From Xylographa opegraphella (Eukaryota), in the NCBI GenBank assembly GCA_022813865.1, contig JALDZX010000009.1, forward strand, positions 372,001 through 436,000: DNA of 64,000 nt, in the 5' to 3' direction. The translations under genes were made by a program, and so were the position numbers. This document shows, one piece after another, positions 13,208-29,818 of the stretch (position 1 is the stretch's first letter; every line of letters starts with the position of its first letter). The notes beneath the pieces were generated by a model. The model saw only the letters and a list, made by a program, of their open reading frames with translations. It had not been told where the DNA came from and did not search any database.

Positions 13208-16200
13208 ATGGCTCCGTCTACACAACGCGCAGCTCCTCCCACTCCTCAGAAACAGCCACTCAACGGTACGTCTACACAGAATCCAGCTGGAGGAGAAGCC
13301 GGCGATATTGGGGTCAACAAGAAAAAGCAGAAGAGACGGCAGAAACAGGCAGCGCGCCTTGCTGCGGAACAACCATTGAGAGCAGGAGCGCAGCCACCGA
13401 AAAATGGCCACATCCACACGCCTCATATCGGATACGAATATTCCGACTCACAATCCCGAGTTCTCTTAAATGGTGTCGGTTATGCACCGTCGGACATGGA
13501 CGACACCTACGATCCTCGGGCTCCGAATGACCTGTATTACGCTGACGAGGATGGTCGCTTGTACGGGATATCCTTCCTTCGAAGAATTTCCTTGCTGACT
13601 TTCAAAGTGTTGAAAATGCTACAATGAGTGGTTCAAATGGGAAATCCAAACGGAAGAAACAGAAATCCGGCTCTGAAATTCGCCATGATTATCAGAGTGC
13701 ATATCCTCCGCACACAATGTCGCCGTCCAACACTTCGTCCTTTAATCCACCCCCTCCACCGCCGCCTCCGCCTCCTCTCTCCACGAACGGTGTTCAGTCT
13801 GCCCATAAAGTATCCAAGGATCGTATATGGAATACTTCGACTCAGGAGGAGAGAGAACGAATCAAGGAGTTTTGGCTGTCCCTTGAGGAGAAGGATAGGC
13901 GGTCTCTTGTGAAGGTGGAGAAGGAGGCTGTTTTGAAGAAGATGAAGGAGCAACAGAAACACTCTTGCAGCTGTACGGTTTGCGGGCGGAAGCGCACGGC
14001 CATAGAAGAGGAACTGGAAGTTCTCTATGATGCCTATTATGAAGAGCTGGAGCAATATGCGAACCATCAGCAAATCAGTTTAGACGACGGAACACCTCTG
14101 ATTCAGCCACCAAAAATGTACAATCATCCCCTTGCCAGTCCTCTAGGTCGAATCCCTCCAAATCGTATACCCCCACTGTCCGCAGCTTCACGACCTAGGG
14201 CTGGTCGTATACAAGAGCTGATTGAACATGACGATGACGGTGACGATGACGGTGACGATGACGGTGACGATGAGGACTATAGCGAAGAAGATGAGGAAGA
14301 TGAGGAATATAGTGAGGACGAATTGGAAGAAGAACCAAGAGGCCCTGCTGCGGACTTCTTTAATTTCGGGAATAGCCTTACTGTTCAAGGTAATCTTAGT
14401 GCTAAATACTTATGAACAGCAATGATAACAGCTTTTCAGGGGGGATTCTTACCGTGGCCGATGATTTACTCAAGAACGACGGCAAAAAATTCATTGAAAT
14501 GATGGAACAACTTGCCGAACGTCGAATGCAACGGGAAGAGGAAGCCCAATTGGTGGCTGCTGGGCTCAGACATCCCTCAATGCATGGACATAGTCATGGA
14601 CCACCTTTGGAAGAAGATGAATATGACGATGAAGATGATGAGGATTATGACAGTGCAGAAGATGAAGAGTATGACGAGGATGAAATGGTTAGTTGTTTCT
14701 CAACTTGGTTTAATGGCCGGGCTGACACGCTATAGGAGACAATGACCGAGGAGCAGCGTATGGAAGAAGGGCGTCGGATGTTCCAGATTTTTGCCGCTCG
14801 GATGTTTGAGCAGCGCGTCTTAACAGCCTATCGTGAAAAGGTTGCTAGAGAACGCCAAGAAAGACTGCTTGAGGAGCTTGCGGATGAGTCCCGGCTCGAC
14901 GCAGAACGAGAAGCCAAGCGAGCAAAAGAAGCGCAAAAGAAGAAAGACAAGAAACGACAACAGAAGCAGGCTAAAGATGAGGAGCGAGCAAAACGCGAGG
15001 CAGATAAAGCTGCCGAAGAAGCAGCCTTGAAGGCAATCGAGGAGCAAAAGCTCGAGGAACAACGGCTCAAGAAGGAAGAGCAGCGGAGGAAGCGAGAGGC
15101 AGAGAAGAAAGTGCAAGACGAGGAGCGACAGAGAAGAGAAGCTGACAAGCTCAAGAAGCTACAGGAAGCCCGTGAGCAGCAAGCGGAAACCGAACGAAAA
15201 CAGCGTGAGCAAAAAGAGCGAGAAAAGAAGAAACGTGAAGAAATGAAGCGGAAAGAGCGCGAGGAACGGGAAATCAAGGAAAGGGAAGTCAAGGAGCGGA
15301 AAGATCGGGAGATGACCGAGCGCCGAGAGAGAGAAATGAGGGCGAAAGTCGACAAGGAGTCGAAAGGATTGAAAGACTCGAAAGACTCGAAAGAGCGGAC
15401 GAAGAAAGACGAACAATCTACACGACATCCACCGCAGATCATACCCATCGCAATTCCTCCTCTTGTCCGCAACAAACCAAGTACTGTCGTTCCGCTTCCG
15501 CTGGGATTGCAGACAGCATCAAGCAATCATCCTTCGCCGCACCTTCAGATTGCTACTCCAGTAATCCCAAAGGCTCCTACACCCGTCCGTCCTCGTCAGG
15601 CTTCCTTTCAAGACTCTCACCAGTCTTCGCCTAAGTCTGCTCACATCCCGTCAGGAAGTTCAGCCACCTCACCTTCTTCTAGCTCTATTCCGCAACAAAT
15701 CAATCAAGCTACAGCCTCCAAGACCTCCAATGCTGTACCATCATCTCAGCAGCCCGTGTCAAATTCTTCAGTACAGCCAATTGCTCCTCCCGGGATGCAA
15801 GCACCCCCATATCCTGGGATGAATATGCCTTCGCCAATGATCAATGCCGGATATCCTATTAGTTATGCTCCGATGATGCCAGGTACAATCCCTCGTGCTC
15901 CTCCGGGCCATGAGTCGCCCTTATTCCCTCATCAGCATTCTTTCAATGCACCTCAGTATAGGAATTTTGCTGCTCCGAATGGAATGCCCTTTCCGCCCGG
16001 CATCAACGGTATCCGGCCAATGCAACCAGTTCGTGGAGCCCCGATGGATCCTCCGTCCCAAGCTCCGATAGGATCGACTACTATTGGTAGTCCTGCCATT
16101 GTCCCGCAGTATGGCATGACCCACAGCACAATGCCATCACACTCTAGACATGCGTCGGCTTCTTTTGAAAAGACTACGTTTGATGCTTCAAATCAGCAAC

Positions 16201-17159
16201 AGACCCAGCCTATTGCGCGCCCAGCTCCGATCAAACGACCCTCAAGTACACCTCAACAACAAGGCGAAGATAACCAGCGAACGAACAAACCTGACATGGA
16301 TGACCTGAGCAACCATCTTGGTAGTAGCGCACTCCTCGACGATTCTGATGACCCATTGAACTCTAATGCTGAAGATCGGCGCGGTAGTATGGTACAAGGT
16401 GGACCTCGATCTGGTAGACTGGGTTTTGGCGCATCTCCGATGTTCCCAGATCCAATCGGCTGTATGTCTCCAAACCTGCAAATAGGTTGAATAGCTGCTA
16501 ATACATGATGGCAGCTGCCAAGATGGAGAACTTCCCCCGCGGCATTCAATCCGCCAATACCTGGGGCGCCCCACCTATTCCATTCGGAACCCCGTCAATG
16601 TCCAACCCAGGATCATGGTCAAACGCACCCGGTGAGTAATTGCATAAATCTTCGCTCCTTTCTTCAAACGTACTAATTAGGTCGACCAGGATCGGGATGG
16701 TCAGGTAACAACGCCTTTGGTATCATTGGGGGACCGAATCGTCATGTGTCCCGACCAGTTACTATACGGCTGCTGGCATGTCAGGCGTGTAAGCAACTGA
16801 CAATGAGTAGTCCAATCAAGAACGACAATGGCTTTCATAGCATTGAACTCATACTACGCCAAGTCGAGCAGTTGAAGCCAACAAATGAGGGTCCGATACA
16901 GTTGAGGGAGCTACTGCAGATATGTGATACGGAAGGAAACGCTCAGAACGGCGGTGGATCCTTTGTCATCCAAGAGGAGCCACCACGGGGTTTATTCGTC
17001 AAGTATGAGCCCGATAACAATGGATCGGTGGGTAATAGAGGCGCTGGAGCACCAGGAGAGATCGGTAGTCCGATGGTGGGAATGACCATACCTGCGTTTG
17101 GTGGATCACGAGGCTTCCATCCTTCTAGCGGAAGCATTGCATCACCCTCGGGGTTTTGA
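13208..17159 (+). CDS. NST1: Stress response protein Nst1; multi-exon
   Basis: [77 protein letters not shown], a long charged coiled coil, [10 protein letters not shown] and [13 protein letters not shown]. Confidence 0.92.
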
Positions 17160-17435
17160 AGCTTTCAATATTTTACATCTGAAGCTTTGTATGAGCTGCG
17201 AGGGCGCCTGTTACAGCGAGAACTAGCGGTCCGTCGAGCATATGTTTGCTATGCATTGTCGCGGGTGTTTTCTGACTAGCCTGATGGCTGTGGCCTTGCA
17301 TTGCTGCGTTTCGGTCTAGCTGTGCTACAAGAAATGGTAGCTTCTTCTTCCAATTTCGACCCTTTGATCCGAGCAGGAACCGTGACGCCTGGGTATCTTC
17401 GCGGAACTGTGTGGAGTGTCTTCGAAAACATCGTC

Positions 17436-18161
17436 TTAATGTAAACCCCTTCCTCTGCCTCTACCAACTCCAGATCCCTTTGCAGCCACGCTGCTACCTC
17501 TCCCTCCGGTATGTGCTCCACCTCTTCCCAATCCTCTCCCACTACTTTGTCCGCCCACGCCCACATACGCCCTCCCTCTTCCTCTCCACCTGCCTCTCCC
17601 AGCACCAGCTCCCTCTCCACCAGCCCCAGCATCGCCCACCCTTCGCCTCTCCTCCTCCTGTACCCTCTTCTTCGCCAACTCCTCCCTCCTCCGCTCCTCC
17701 AGCATCTCCCTCCTCTCCATCTCCTCCCTCCTCCCCGCTTCCTCCCTCTCCGCCTCCGCCACATCCTCACTTGCCCCCTGCCAGTTCGGATTCAGGATCA
17801 GCCGTTGGTTGTGCTCCGTCTGGGACAGTATGCGCGTCCACATCTCGAGCAGGGTTGTGGATGTTTGTACGGTGGATGAGATGGTCTCCATGTTCGACCG
17901 CGCGACGCCGAGCGACTGGATCACGGTGCTGAGAGTGGAGTTGATGGAGCGCAGGGAGGCCAATTCGGCTCGGAGAGCGGAGTCGCGGGTCGGAGGTGAT
18001 GGTGGGTGAGCGGGGGTGTGGCTCGCCGGTTGGGACGTGCTGGTTTGCGTAGGCATTTTGGGCGTTTTGGGCACGGGGGCAGGAGGGCTGTGGCGGTCTG
18101 TGGGAGAGGCGAAGATGTCGGTGGTGTCGTCTGAAGGAGAAAGTTCTGATGAGGGCGCCAT
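17436..18161 (-). CDS. DUO1: DASH/Dam1 complex subunit Duo1
   Basis: RDSALRAELASLRSIN...LLEMWTRILSQTEHNQRLILNPNWQGA matches the Duo1 core; RG-rich tail. Confidence 0.88.
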   Translation of the reverse strand: MAPSSELSPSDDTTDIFASPTDRHSPPAPVPKTPKMPTQTSTSQPASHTPAHPPSPPTRDSALRAELASLRSINSTLSTVIQSLGVARSNMETISSTVQTSTTLLEMWTRILSQTEHNQRLILNPNWQGASEDVAEAEREEAGRREEMERREMLEERRREELAKKRVQEEERRRVGDAGAGGEGAGAGRGRWRGRGRAYVGVGGQSSGRGLGRGGAHTGGRGSSVAAKGSGVGRGRGRGLH

Positions 18162-18419
18162 CGTGGGGGTTGTCAGTGTATGAAGTTTGTGAAGCGAGAG
18201 TACGGAGTAGTGTGATAGTGGAAGGTCAGAAACTTTGGTATAGGAGCGCGGCGCGCGTTGCGAACTGGGAAGTGCAACCGACCCACCGGGGACGTTCCGC
18301 GCCGCTAAACGTGGGGGTCCGCCCCCCTAAAAGCGATCCTTGGCGCTGTGCGAAGATTTCCCCGTTCTATGTGCCTCAAAAGTCATATACGAAGGTACAG
18401 GACGACAGCATTGTTGATG

Positions 18420-19444
18420 ATGGCGCTTACTCCATCTCCGCTTCAAGGCGCGCTGCATCGCTATGTATGTAGTTTCAAATCTTGGTACTACTCAACCACT
18501 TATCTTGACTCAGCATACAGTATCGCTGATGTTCTTAGTCCTCCCATCTCGTGGCATTTGAGTATGCGTCAAACGTGACCGATAATGTATCTCCCACCGG
18601 AGTTCACACGCTCCTGTTTGTTGCCGGTCTTTCAGATGGCCTATACACGGTCCCATTTACCATACCCTTAGCCCGCTCTCTCCCTCCAAATTGGCGATTT
18701 GTCCAGCCTCTCCTGTCGTCCTCCCACGCTGGATGGGGCACGTCCTCGCTCGACAAGGACGTTCAAGAGCTCGTTCAATGTATCAACTACATTCTTACTC
18801 TGCGGCCGAGTGGCAAGATAGTCATGATTGGCCATTCTACCGGCTGTCAGGACATAATGCACTATCTCCTCTCGCCTTTAGGCAAGACCGAGGCACCTCG
18901 GCCACAGCTTGCAGGCGGGATCTTGCAGGCCGGCGTTAGCGACCGCGAGTCCATGGTTATGCTGCTCCCGGAAGAGCTTTACAATTCCAGCGTACGGCTC
19001 GCACAGTCGTATGTCAATGAAGGACGAGCGAAAGATGTGCTGCCTATGAGTGCCACAGGAAACTTCATGAATGTGCCTATCAGTGCAAGGAGATGGCTTG
19101 CTTTGGCAAGCCCACCGCCAGCACACGATGGCGAGGACGACTATTTCAGCTCAGATCTTTCGTATGATCGACTGAAGAACACTTTCGGACGTATTGGGTC
19201 GACAGGAACGCATATACAGTTTCTCTTCGGAGAAAGGGATCAGTACGTTCCGCGCTCCGTGGACAAGAAGCGTCTGGTTGAGAAGTGGGAGAGAGTCATC
19301 AGGAGCGGAGGAGGCGTGGTTGACAATGAAAGTGGGATAGTAATTGGTGCGAATCACAATTTGGACAATGCTAGCGAAGAGGTTATGCAAAATCTTGTAG
19401 GGAGGGTGATTGGATTCTTGAGCAGGATAGAAGAGAAGATTTGA
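18420..19444 (+). CDS. DUF1749 alpha/beta hydrolase (SidJ/UPF0613-like esterase)
   Basis: LLFVAGLSDG, WGTSSLDKDVQEL, nucleophile elbow GHSTGCQD, LQAGVSDRE, DDYFSSDL and GANH; one 5' intron; the start could be 18417 instead. Confidence 0.85.
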
Positions 19445-20234
19445 CGGTCCCAATAGAAAGACAGAGTCGACGGGATAGCATTACAAAGCTTCAACCCACA
19501 TTTGGCAAGCCTGCATTTTATTGAGGACGCGGGATGTGTACAGATTGTTATGTATTGATGCAAAGGCCAACACCCACGTCCGTATACCCAATCATCGCTC
19601 GCGATAACGGGTCCGAAGGGTGGGTGGAGGAACCTGGGTTCAATCCTCGTTTCAAATGGTTAGTTGAAGATCGCCTGTAAGGATCCGGCGGCGTTGAGAG
19701 GCATGAAATGGGGGCCAATTACATGATATGAGCCACAGGAGGACAGAACGAATATCCAGATCAACAAACGATAGTGGGGAGCTTAATTTCATGCATGTAA
19801 GCTGTGACAGAAATACTCGCCAATGGTGTTTGAACGGAAGCGTACGAGGGAGCTTGATTGGTTGGGGGCCTTTACGAGTACGGAAAGGCAAACTTTCTGA
19901 AACCCGTAGCAAGAAGCACGATGGTAGAAATTGCACGCGTGTGAAGTACCGTACACTTCTATGTATACTGAGAACGAATCTTGCAGATCTGAGGTGTTTG
20001 TGATGGTATACTCTTCAATGCGCATAACAGATGAGGACTTGAATACGTTGCAGTCGTGATTGACATAACAGCTCCGCCTCCCGACAACCGCTTACCACAT
20101 ATCCCACTAACTTCAGCCACCCTTCGAAGCCAGCGATGAGCTTCCCAATTCATATTCAGACACTGAGTTGAAGCATCACTGGAGGAAATAACTGGAATCC
20201 ACTGTGTCTGCGTAGACGCGTGGTTGCTCTGAGG

Positions 20235-22170
20235 ATGTGGAAACGTTTTAACCAACATCGTGCCTCCGAGAATGCGATTGGGAATCCGATCTTAATGGAG
20301 ACAACGCTCGATGAAAAGAGCTACAGCGGATTGACAAACCTCAGTAGTGGGGAGTTCAGTCTCAGCTCGAGACCAGCTTTCGGAAGAAAGCAGACGGAAG
20401 ATGTCGTCAAGGAGCTGCCGGCGCTGCCCTTGTACTGAAGCCCCTCAATTTGTCGGAGTTGTGTCTCAGCTAATCACATGAAGCAGAGACGACCAGTTGA
20501 TAAAACCACTTGCTATACGTTCATTTTCTGGACCATCTGCGCTTGGTTCCAAGCTCGCACCTGCACGAACCCAACGTCCAGTCAAACAACCGCGTATAGA
20601 CATTCCAAAGACCTCTTATGTGTACCCGGACGACGTCTCGCCGCCTGATTCACCACGGACTGTGGATGCTGCGAGGTCTAGGAAATCGAGCCCGAACATA
20701 TCCCCAATCACAGACCGTGGCAGCGATAGTCACAGTCTGTTCTCGTCGCCAAGACCGTACGTAAGCAATATACCTCTTCCCCGGAATCAGCAATTTGCCG
20801 GAGGAGTTGGATCTATCTCGGGCTGGAGAGACAAGGTTGGAAGGGTTGCATCACCAGTGGGCAGCTCAAAGATGACCCGCTGGGACGACTTTTCGGGAGA
20901 ACCCACGAATGGTGAGACTGGGAAACCAGCTCAGGCCACTCCAAGCACTTCAAAATTCGATAAACAGCAAAGTGAAGAGAGTTCTCCTAGAGAACCAAGC
21001 GGCTCGATAAAAATCAATAGTGTCAGTGAATACGCCAAGTCATCATCCTCTACCAAATTCAAAAAGACTGTCGGTAAAGAGTCAGATTCGCTACCCGTTG
21101 AGCGGGAGGAATGGAAAGGGCCAAGTGGACGAAGCGCAATTATAAAACCCATTGCAGACAATCTACGTGCTCCTGGCAGAGGACCTAGTGCATCGCATTT
21201 CAAAGGCAGCTTAAAGCATACAATTGGACTGAGACCCCGTCCTACCCCAGGGAGAATCTCACCAGCTAGACAGTCCCCGAAGTCTATACCTATACGCATT
21301 CCGGGAACAGTTCCCCAGGCCGATCCAGCTTCAGAATCACACGACTCAAATCTGGAATCGCCGATCCTTCCCCTTGTTCCTTTGAAGGTTCGTAGAAGCA
21401 CTCCCAATCCGGCGCCGGCTCGGGCTCAAGCTCCAATGGAAGTGTGTACTTCCGGTTTGAGTGCACACCCAGTACAAACACGAAAATCCAGTCTTGAGAT
21501 AAGGAATGATCGCAACAAAGAACCACGATCTCCGCCGGAAAGTCCTCCGCAAGAAAAGCCTCCTGAGACCTTGGAAAACGAGATTGCTGCATCTGCGAGG
21601 CATTTAGTCATGGTCAACGAACCGGGAAGTCGATTCAGTGCTACGACGTACAACACGTCCATTCCCGAGAGCCCACCAGCAACTCCAAGACGAAGCTTGG
21701 ACAATCCGCCACCTCTACCTTCTCCACCAGTGTCAATCCTGAACCGGAAACGACCTATACCTGTATCAGGCGTTATGCTTGGCAGCAAACCGCCGACCCG
21801 GAAACCCACGCCTGCCGAAGTGGAAAGTGGAACGTCCAAAACTCTTCCTTTGTCTCCACCCACAGCGGCCGCTGTTGACCGAGTGTCGCTTTTGCAAGCG
21901 CAGCTCGACAGCTTGAACCGGCGGCGGCAGAACTTGGCAACTGTCATTTACGAACTTACCCATGTTGTGCAGCCAAGTTCAATAGCATACGATATAGCAT
22001 CGCGCCAAGAGATCAAAAAATCAGTGGAGGGATTTCACGCAGAGTCTGCACAAGTCGCAAAAGAGATCTATGAAACGGGTATGAAGCTGCATAGAGCTAT
22101 GAAAAGGCGCGATGAAGAATCCATGTTCGAGCCCACTGGCCTGTGGGTTCGGCGGGTCACCACGGAGTAG
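20235..22170 (+). CDS. Fungal hypothetical protein (disordered, with a C-terminal coiled coil)
   Basis: 557-aa ORF plus an upstream exon (MWKRF...KELPALP); motifs TRWDDFSGEPT, SRFSATTYNT and GMKLHRAMKRRD...TGLWVRRVT. Confidence 0.7.
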
Positions 22171-22481
22171 GCAGTAAGAGCTTACATTCTGTTGGTTCGT
22201 GGGTAGATTTGTATATGGTGTGACTATGATAGGCGTAGCGGCGAGATCGGCGAAGTGGTATCACACGATACTCTCACGCTCACAGCTGCCAGATGGGACA
22301 GGAAATGAGCACCAATATATCTAGGATTCAAATGAAATGGTATATTCTCTGAAGCAGGTCTGGCGCTCCGTAACATCATGACCGTAAACGCCACCGCAAG
22401 GACATATTCATGACCAATGTGGCAGGCAGCCGCTGCTGAAGTGCTTGCCCATGTCGTGATCCTACATCCTCACCAAGAGTC

Positions 22482-22824
<343 letters not shown>

Positions 22825-23253
22825 TTCTAAGGCTGTTTGGGGTCCGAAAGGTGTTGGTGGTAATGAAAGAGGGATCCTCCGTGTAATTTGAACAAAGGTA
22901 TTGAATAGCGATCTTGGTTGATGGAAATCCTCCGTGCAGGCAGCAGCCTCAGGCGCTAGGCGCGGACCATCGGGTGAGACTTTTTTACCTCGTAACCTCG
23001 ATTGGCTTATCGGCTTGGAGTCAAGAATACATCGAGAAATCGATCAGCCTATACCAAAGTCGATTATTTCCCACAATTGTTTAAACTGCTGAAGTGCACT
23101 TTCATCCCGTCGAGGCAAAATCGGGCTGGGGGGGAAGCAATTCACGGGTCGGGCTTCTTACCAAAGCTCTACCAACTTTTGGCATCAGTGGCTAATCATC
23201 ATTGAACAATCAGAGAGCAGGGTCTCATAGCACGAGCTTTGTTACGCTGCAAC

Positions 23254-26068
<2,815 letters not shown>

Positions 26069-27222
26069 AGCGTTTCTTCCTCGGAAAGGCCGTGTAGAGG
26101 CTTAGGCATAGACATGGGGAAAAACTATGGGTATTCTGGCACATCCGTCGGCCCTGTAATCTCTGGCTCCGGATGCATAATATATCATGCTTTGACTATC
26201 GCTCAAGGCACCACATATCAGGTGACAGTACGAATGCCTCGCCTACCATCCGTGACTTCATCCGGACGTCCACGTCATTGATCGGCAAACTCCTTGACCA
26301 AGCATAGGCCTCACGCTTCTCACTCCCCATCTTCGTAGCACTCCGTACAGACGTGAACACTGCCCCCACCCTTGTGTTCTCAAATCCAAGTGTGTTGCTG
26401 TTCATCGACCCCAGCCATCATGCTGCTACCATTGTGCTCCCGCCTTCTGGGTTTTGTTCGTCCGAAGCCTAGTCCGGACTCGGATTCCGTGTCCGCAGGA
26501 CTAGGAATCGCCAGCTCGACATCGGAGTTGCGCGGAGGTTGAGATAGGGGGATCGGCTGGGCTGGTGTGGTGAGGATTCTGGGATTACTTCGTACTACGT
26601 GGAGATTCAGTAGCCCTAGCCATTGAATCAAGGGCACAACAAGCCCACGATTTAGTCCGCAGAACGGCTGTCGTACGTCTGAGGACCACAGTGTCAAGAG
26701 TCTGCGTGGCTAGCTCGCTTTGTGGATGGGATGATTGGTTTTGCGGAGAAAGTCAGAGGAGGAAGGTCTTCACGGTGGGATTGGTACACCGGTTGAGAAT
26801 GGTTACCTTGATGCTGAGATATGCGTACTGCTGAGGGTGTACTTGGCCAGTGACTCTACGGCGCCAGAGTGATTACTTTCTCGTTGTAGGACGAGCTTGT
26901 ATGGACGGCTGGATGTGTGGGGAGTGCGTGAGAGATATACAAGCTCCGGTTTATAGGACGGAGATTGCGTGGCGGGTTAGGTTGTCAGGACTATCAATCT
27001 GCACTGTATCTTTTCATCTGCGGATTGTCATAATAAGGTGAAGGTTCTTGACGGAACTTTTGGTTTAAAGACAGCGCTGTATCTGGGTCCTTCGGATGGT
27101 CAGATTTTGAGAATCTGAAATCGTACGGGTTATGTGCTGTTGAGCAGAGGCGGCAGCTTGTGCTACAATCATCGGCATGGCAGACCAGGTGAGATCATGG
27201 TGCAACCTCATCTGCAAACAGT

Positions 27223-28746
27223 TTAACGATTCAAAAAACAGTCCAACTGCCAGTCCACAACCTCTTCGGGCCGATATACGTTCGTCTCATCGACGCACTC
27301 CCCCCAAAAAATGTCTCTGTCCATCCCCCACCCTCGTTCGACTCCGCCTTCGTGACGCGATGCTCCCTCCGGGACGGTCACCGTAACCATTTCAACCCCC
27401 TTAGTCTTGCTGAGCTGGGTGAGATACATCATTCGATCCCACCATTCCTTCGCGTTAAGAACTAACCCCTCGAAGACAAGCTTGCTCAATCGGGGCACGT
27501 CTCGCTCCTTATGCTTCAGCATATTTTCCAGCGCCAGAAGCACGAGTTCGAAGTTATCCTCACAATGGAGCAGATGCAAGGTCTCTAGACTCCGAGGAAA
27601 CTTTCCTGTGAGGCCACGCAACTCGCTTTCTTTCCAGTCCTTCCTTTGAGAGCTTGAGGCTTCCAATTCACCGAAAATGAAGACAATAGCGACTTTGAGA
27701 ACTTTCAGAATCTCAAACTGTGCGAAGGAGCGTATAGGTGTCGTGTCATCCGTTTGATCGTTCCATTCAGGACGGACCCAGGATTCGAAATCCAGCCACA
27801 AGTTCTCGAGGTAATGCACTTGAGGCGCCAGTGCTGAGACAGCAGCCCCGAATACCATGTCACAGTATGATAGATAGCCCCAACCAACTTCATAAATAAA
27901 CGTCTTGAGCGCCTTCGGGGCCCGCAGCATATTTGCGAGATCCCGCTCGTCCAATTTGCAGTTCTTGAGCTCAATGTGAGATACTGTCGATGAAGCTGTC
28001 TGCAGCGCAGCTAGGGTCGCGTCAGGTTCGGCACCAACCCTATCGTCACTTCCTACACGGTGGCCGAATATTCTCTCGATAGAAGGTAGTCGCATGAACA
28101 TGCCGATGTATTCGACCCCCATACCATATTTGTCATTGTCCCAAGCATGCATGACATCTTTCAGAGCCAAAAATCCACGGTCTTTGTCAAACGGTTTCTC
28201 ACGCATCCCTGCCCGCTGCATCATCTTCTCAAAGTATGTGCAGCCAAACATACCAAGCATCAGGTCTAGGCTTTCTAGGTTCGGCAGTGCTGGAAGAAGC
28301 AAGGCTAGGATAGCATCCGCGTGGTCCGGCCATGTTATTTGCTCGAGCCATTGCTTCTTTTCCGCCTCGTCGTGGCTTGCGGCCTCGATAGCATCTTTAA
28401 ATACGTCGTCGACTTTGAGACGATTGAACGGCTCCCCTTGCTTAATTTGCTTCTCGGTCATGAAACCTGCGCTGAATGATTCGCGTGCGGTGAAGTGGTG
28501 GACAAGGCGGGCTAAATCGGGCCTTTTGAGAAGGAGTAATGTGAGAGGTCGTAGTGTCTTGAATTCATACTCGCCGGGGCAGCCTTCTCGGTCGTAGAGG
28601 GCAATGTGGTCATATAGGAAAGGAATTGTGATATCATAAAGTGTGTGGCACACTCGCGCCATGTTACAAAGGGTATCATCCGAATCGACGAATGAAACAA
28701 TGATTCGAAGAATCTCTAGAGGCAGATTACTGAAATATTGAGACAT
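27223..28746 (-). CDS. F-box / leucine-rich-repeat-like protein (intronless)
   Basis: FSNLPLEILRIIVSFV...LCNMARVCHTLY F-box-like N-terminus; LxxLxL units (LPNLESLDL, LENLWL, LKVLKV, LETLHL). ATG at 28746 preferred over TTG at 28773. Confidence 0.8.
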   Translation of the reverse strand: MSQYFSNLPLEILRIIVSFVDSDDTLCNMARVCHTLYDITIPFLYDHIALYDREGCPGEYEFKTLRPLTLLLLKRPDLARLVHHFTARESFSAGFMTEKQIKQGEPFNRLKVDDVFKDAIEAASHDEAEKKQWLEQITWPDHADAILALLLPALPNLESLDLMLGMFGCTYFEKMMQRAGMREKPFDKDRGFLALKDVMHAWDNDKYGMGVEYIGMFMRLPSIERIFGHRVGSDDRVGAEPDATLAALQTASSTVSHIELKNCKLDERDLANMLRAPKALKTFIYEVGWGYLSYCDMVFGAAVSALAPQVHYLENLWLDFESWVRPEWNDQTDDTTPIRSFAQFEILKVLKVAIVFIFGELEASSSQRKDWKESELRGLTGKFPRSLETLHLLHCEDNFELVLLALENMLKHKERDVPRLSKLVFEGLVLNAKEWWDRMMYLTQLSKTKGVEMVTVTVPEGASRHEGGVERGWGMDRDIFWGECVDETNVYRPEEVVDWQLDCFLNR

Positions 28747-28991
28747 GATGGAAGGGCTCGGTGCTCCAGGCAATTGGGGATGCAGTATATGCTCAAACTT
28801 GGACGGTACGTTTTTCGAAGGGCCTCAGCCTCTCATATATATGTGTCACTTGCGATACATGATTGGGAAACAATCTCAAGGCCACGTGCCCTTTGGTAAA
28901 TGATGAATGCAACGATGCTGTTGTTTACTTTGTAGGCACGGTAGGCATCACTCGGTTGCCTGAATCCCTCAGACGGTCCGCACTACGGAGG

Positions 28992-29090
28992 TAAGTCCCT
29001 GCGAGTTAGTGCTTTGCTTACTAACAAGTTAGGAGCAACCACTTTGACTTGTTAGTCAGCAAGACAGACGCACTAACCCGAAGGGGCTTA
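28992..29090. repeat. 99-nt imperfect inverted repeat (hairpin; possible MITE or structured RNA)
   Basis: Paired arms TAAGTCCCT/AGGGGCTTA, GTTAGTGC/GCACTAAC, TTGCT/AGCAA and ACTAACAAGT/ACTTGTTAGT. Confidence 0.85.
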
Positions 29091-29818
29091 GTGTATACTA
29101 TATGTGGTACCGAGGCAATCACTCATTAATGGCGTGGATAGTGTGATACAAGCTAGTCCGTACCTAGCTAGTAATCTGGCTTAGGGCAAGGTCTCGGGCC
29201 GGCTTGCTTCCGAGATGCCCTGCTTTATGTGCAGGTTCTTCGAATCCCCAATGTTAACAATCCAGCTGTCCGCGGATAATCAATGGCAAACAGAGTACAT
29301 ATTCTTGGGTTTGTTAGATCGTTTCAGCGTGAGTCCAAACGTGCTGTTTCGATTTAAATACTCCTGATTTGTCGAATCCCGTATTGATTCAAGCTAGGCA
29401 AGTCTCAAACCATCGGCCTTTGTTATATCAGTAGGAGAATATCCCGCAGCTGCTATTGCAATGTTCAGTCCAAGCTTTTCCTTCTGGTTTGACTTGCAAT
29501 GTTTACTACTAGATTCAAAATTCTAACTTGCCAGAAATGCTGGCCGAGAACAGAGGCGCAGCCCTGATCAGTTGACTGTTCGACTCAATAAATCGACTCA
29601 AAGCAAGAAAAAGCTTTCATACTACCATACTTAGGTATACCTTCAAAATATCTCCACCCCGCCCTCATAGCTATCCAGCGCGGCCTTGAAAGGCTACATC
29701 GGCGCGCCTAGGCAACAGCTCTTTTCTCATTACCTCTCTTGCGAAAATAATAGCTGGTCGAATGAGGACAGTTAAAGAATTTGATTGGCTCGCTATAAAT
29801 CGTCGTCGTATCTGTACC

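Noticed and set aside
14230..14272. (GACGATGACGGT)x3 repeat in NST1
   Set aside because: An ordinary slippage repeat within an acidic low-complexity tract.
19630..19655. GGTTCAATCC, a tRNA T-loop/B-box-like motif
   Set aside because: The flanks do not form a T-stem, and no acceptor, D or anticodon arms could be built.
26196..27200. Short minus-strand ORFs between PRP4 and the F-box gene
   Set aside because: No recognizable domain, and I could not build a consistent ATG-initiated spliced model.
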